Assembly: GCA_964291395.2 (NCBI GenBank)
Contig: OZ219858.1
Location: 256,001 to 320,000, forward strand
DNA length: 64,000 nucleotides
Direction: 5' to 3'
Source: Alphaproteobacteria bacterium
GTDB taxonomy: Bacteria > Pseudomonadota > Alphaproteobacteria > UBA2966
Shown: in pieces, positions 63,711 to 64,000 of the stretch
Layout of the letters: each line of letters opens with the position of its first letter
Numbering within the stretch: the first letter of the stretch is position 1
The notes under the pieces: model-generated
The model's database searches: none
Told to the model about the DNA's origin: nothing
Seen by the model: the letters and a program-made list of their open reading frames with translations, nothing else
Program-made: the position numbers and the translations under genes

Positions 63711-64000
63711 TCAGCGCGACCGGTGATAGGGATGCCCGGAATGAATCGTCGAGGCGCGATATAGCTGCTCCGTGAGCATCACCCGGACCAGCATATGCGG
63801 CCACGTCATGGCGCCGAAGGATACGATCACATCGGCCCGCTTCAAGATGGCGTCATCGAGGCCATCGGCGCCGCCGATGAGGAAGGCGATCTCGGGAATG
63901 GCTTGGTTCTGCCAGTCTTGAAGCTTGGCCGCGAACTCCTCGCTCGTGAGGGGCTCGCCACATCGGTCCAAAGCGATCGTTAGTCCGGCACCGGGCCAGG
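63711..64000 (-). CDS. rlmH: 23S rRNA (pseudouridine1915-N3)-methyltransferase RlmH, C-terminal part
   Basis: FLIGGADG, MTWPHMLVRVMLTEQLYRA and GHPYHR. Truncated by the window edge. Confidence 0.95.
   Translation of the reverse strand, partial: WPGAGLTIALDRCGEPLTSEEFAAKLQDWQNQAIPEIAFLIGGADGLDDAILKRADVIVSFGAMTWPHMLVRVMLTEQLYRASTIHSGHPYHRSR

Overview
GC-rich alphaproteobacterial chromosome segment (Rhodospirillales-like gene content and order), made up mostly of core housekeeping blocks. In order: dnaX (partial) and ffs; nusA-rimP-trmB; XRE regulator; lnt-corC-ybeY-phoH-miaB-acyltransferase-fur-mucR-tusA; tsaB; trpS-murJ-glnD; frmA; mutS; maeB; htpG; mdh-sucCD-sucAB-lpdA; xerC-DUF484-transaldolase-priA; atpHAGDC; rppH-divergent deacetylase-ctpA-envC-gpmI-rlmH (partial). 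I found no CRISPR array, prophage, transposase, rRNA or tRNA, and no convincing complete novel system. The most notable signals are three. (1) An accessory island at about 0.9-7.3 kb carries two translationally coupled, diverged nudC paralogues that share a 48-bp identical block, plus a SAM methyltransferase, an MmcQ-like gene, a DUF1326/dienelactone-hydrolase pair and a Tat-signal flavin oxidase. (2) The usually conserved trpS...nusA supercluster appears eroded. The XRE regulator has in-frame helix-breaking substitutions, metK is missing from its usual slot, nusA is not followed by ylxR-infB, and there are short remnants resembling rimI, an HpcH/HpaI aldolase and a GT4 glycosyltransferase. 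(3) Several unexplained inverted repeats are candidate operators. Family assignments come from recognising motifs by eye, and synteny comparisons come from recalled alphaproteobacterial gene orders; no searches were run.
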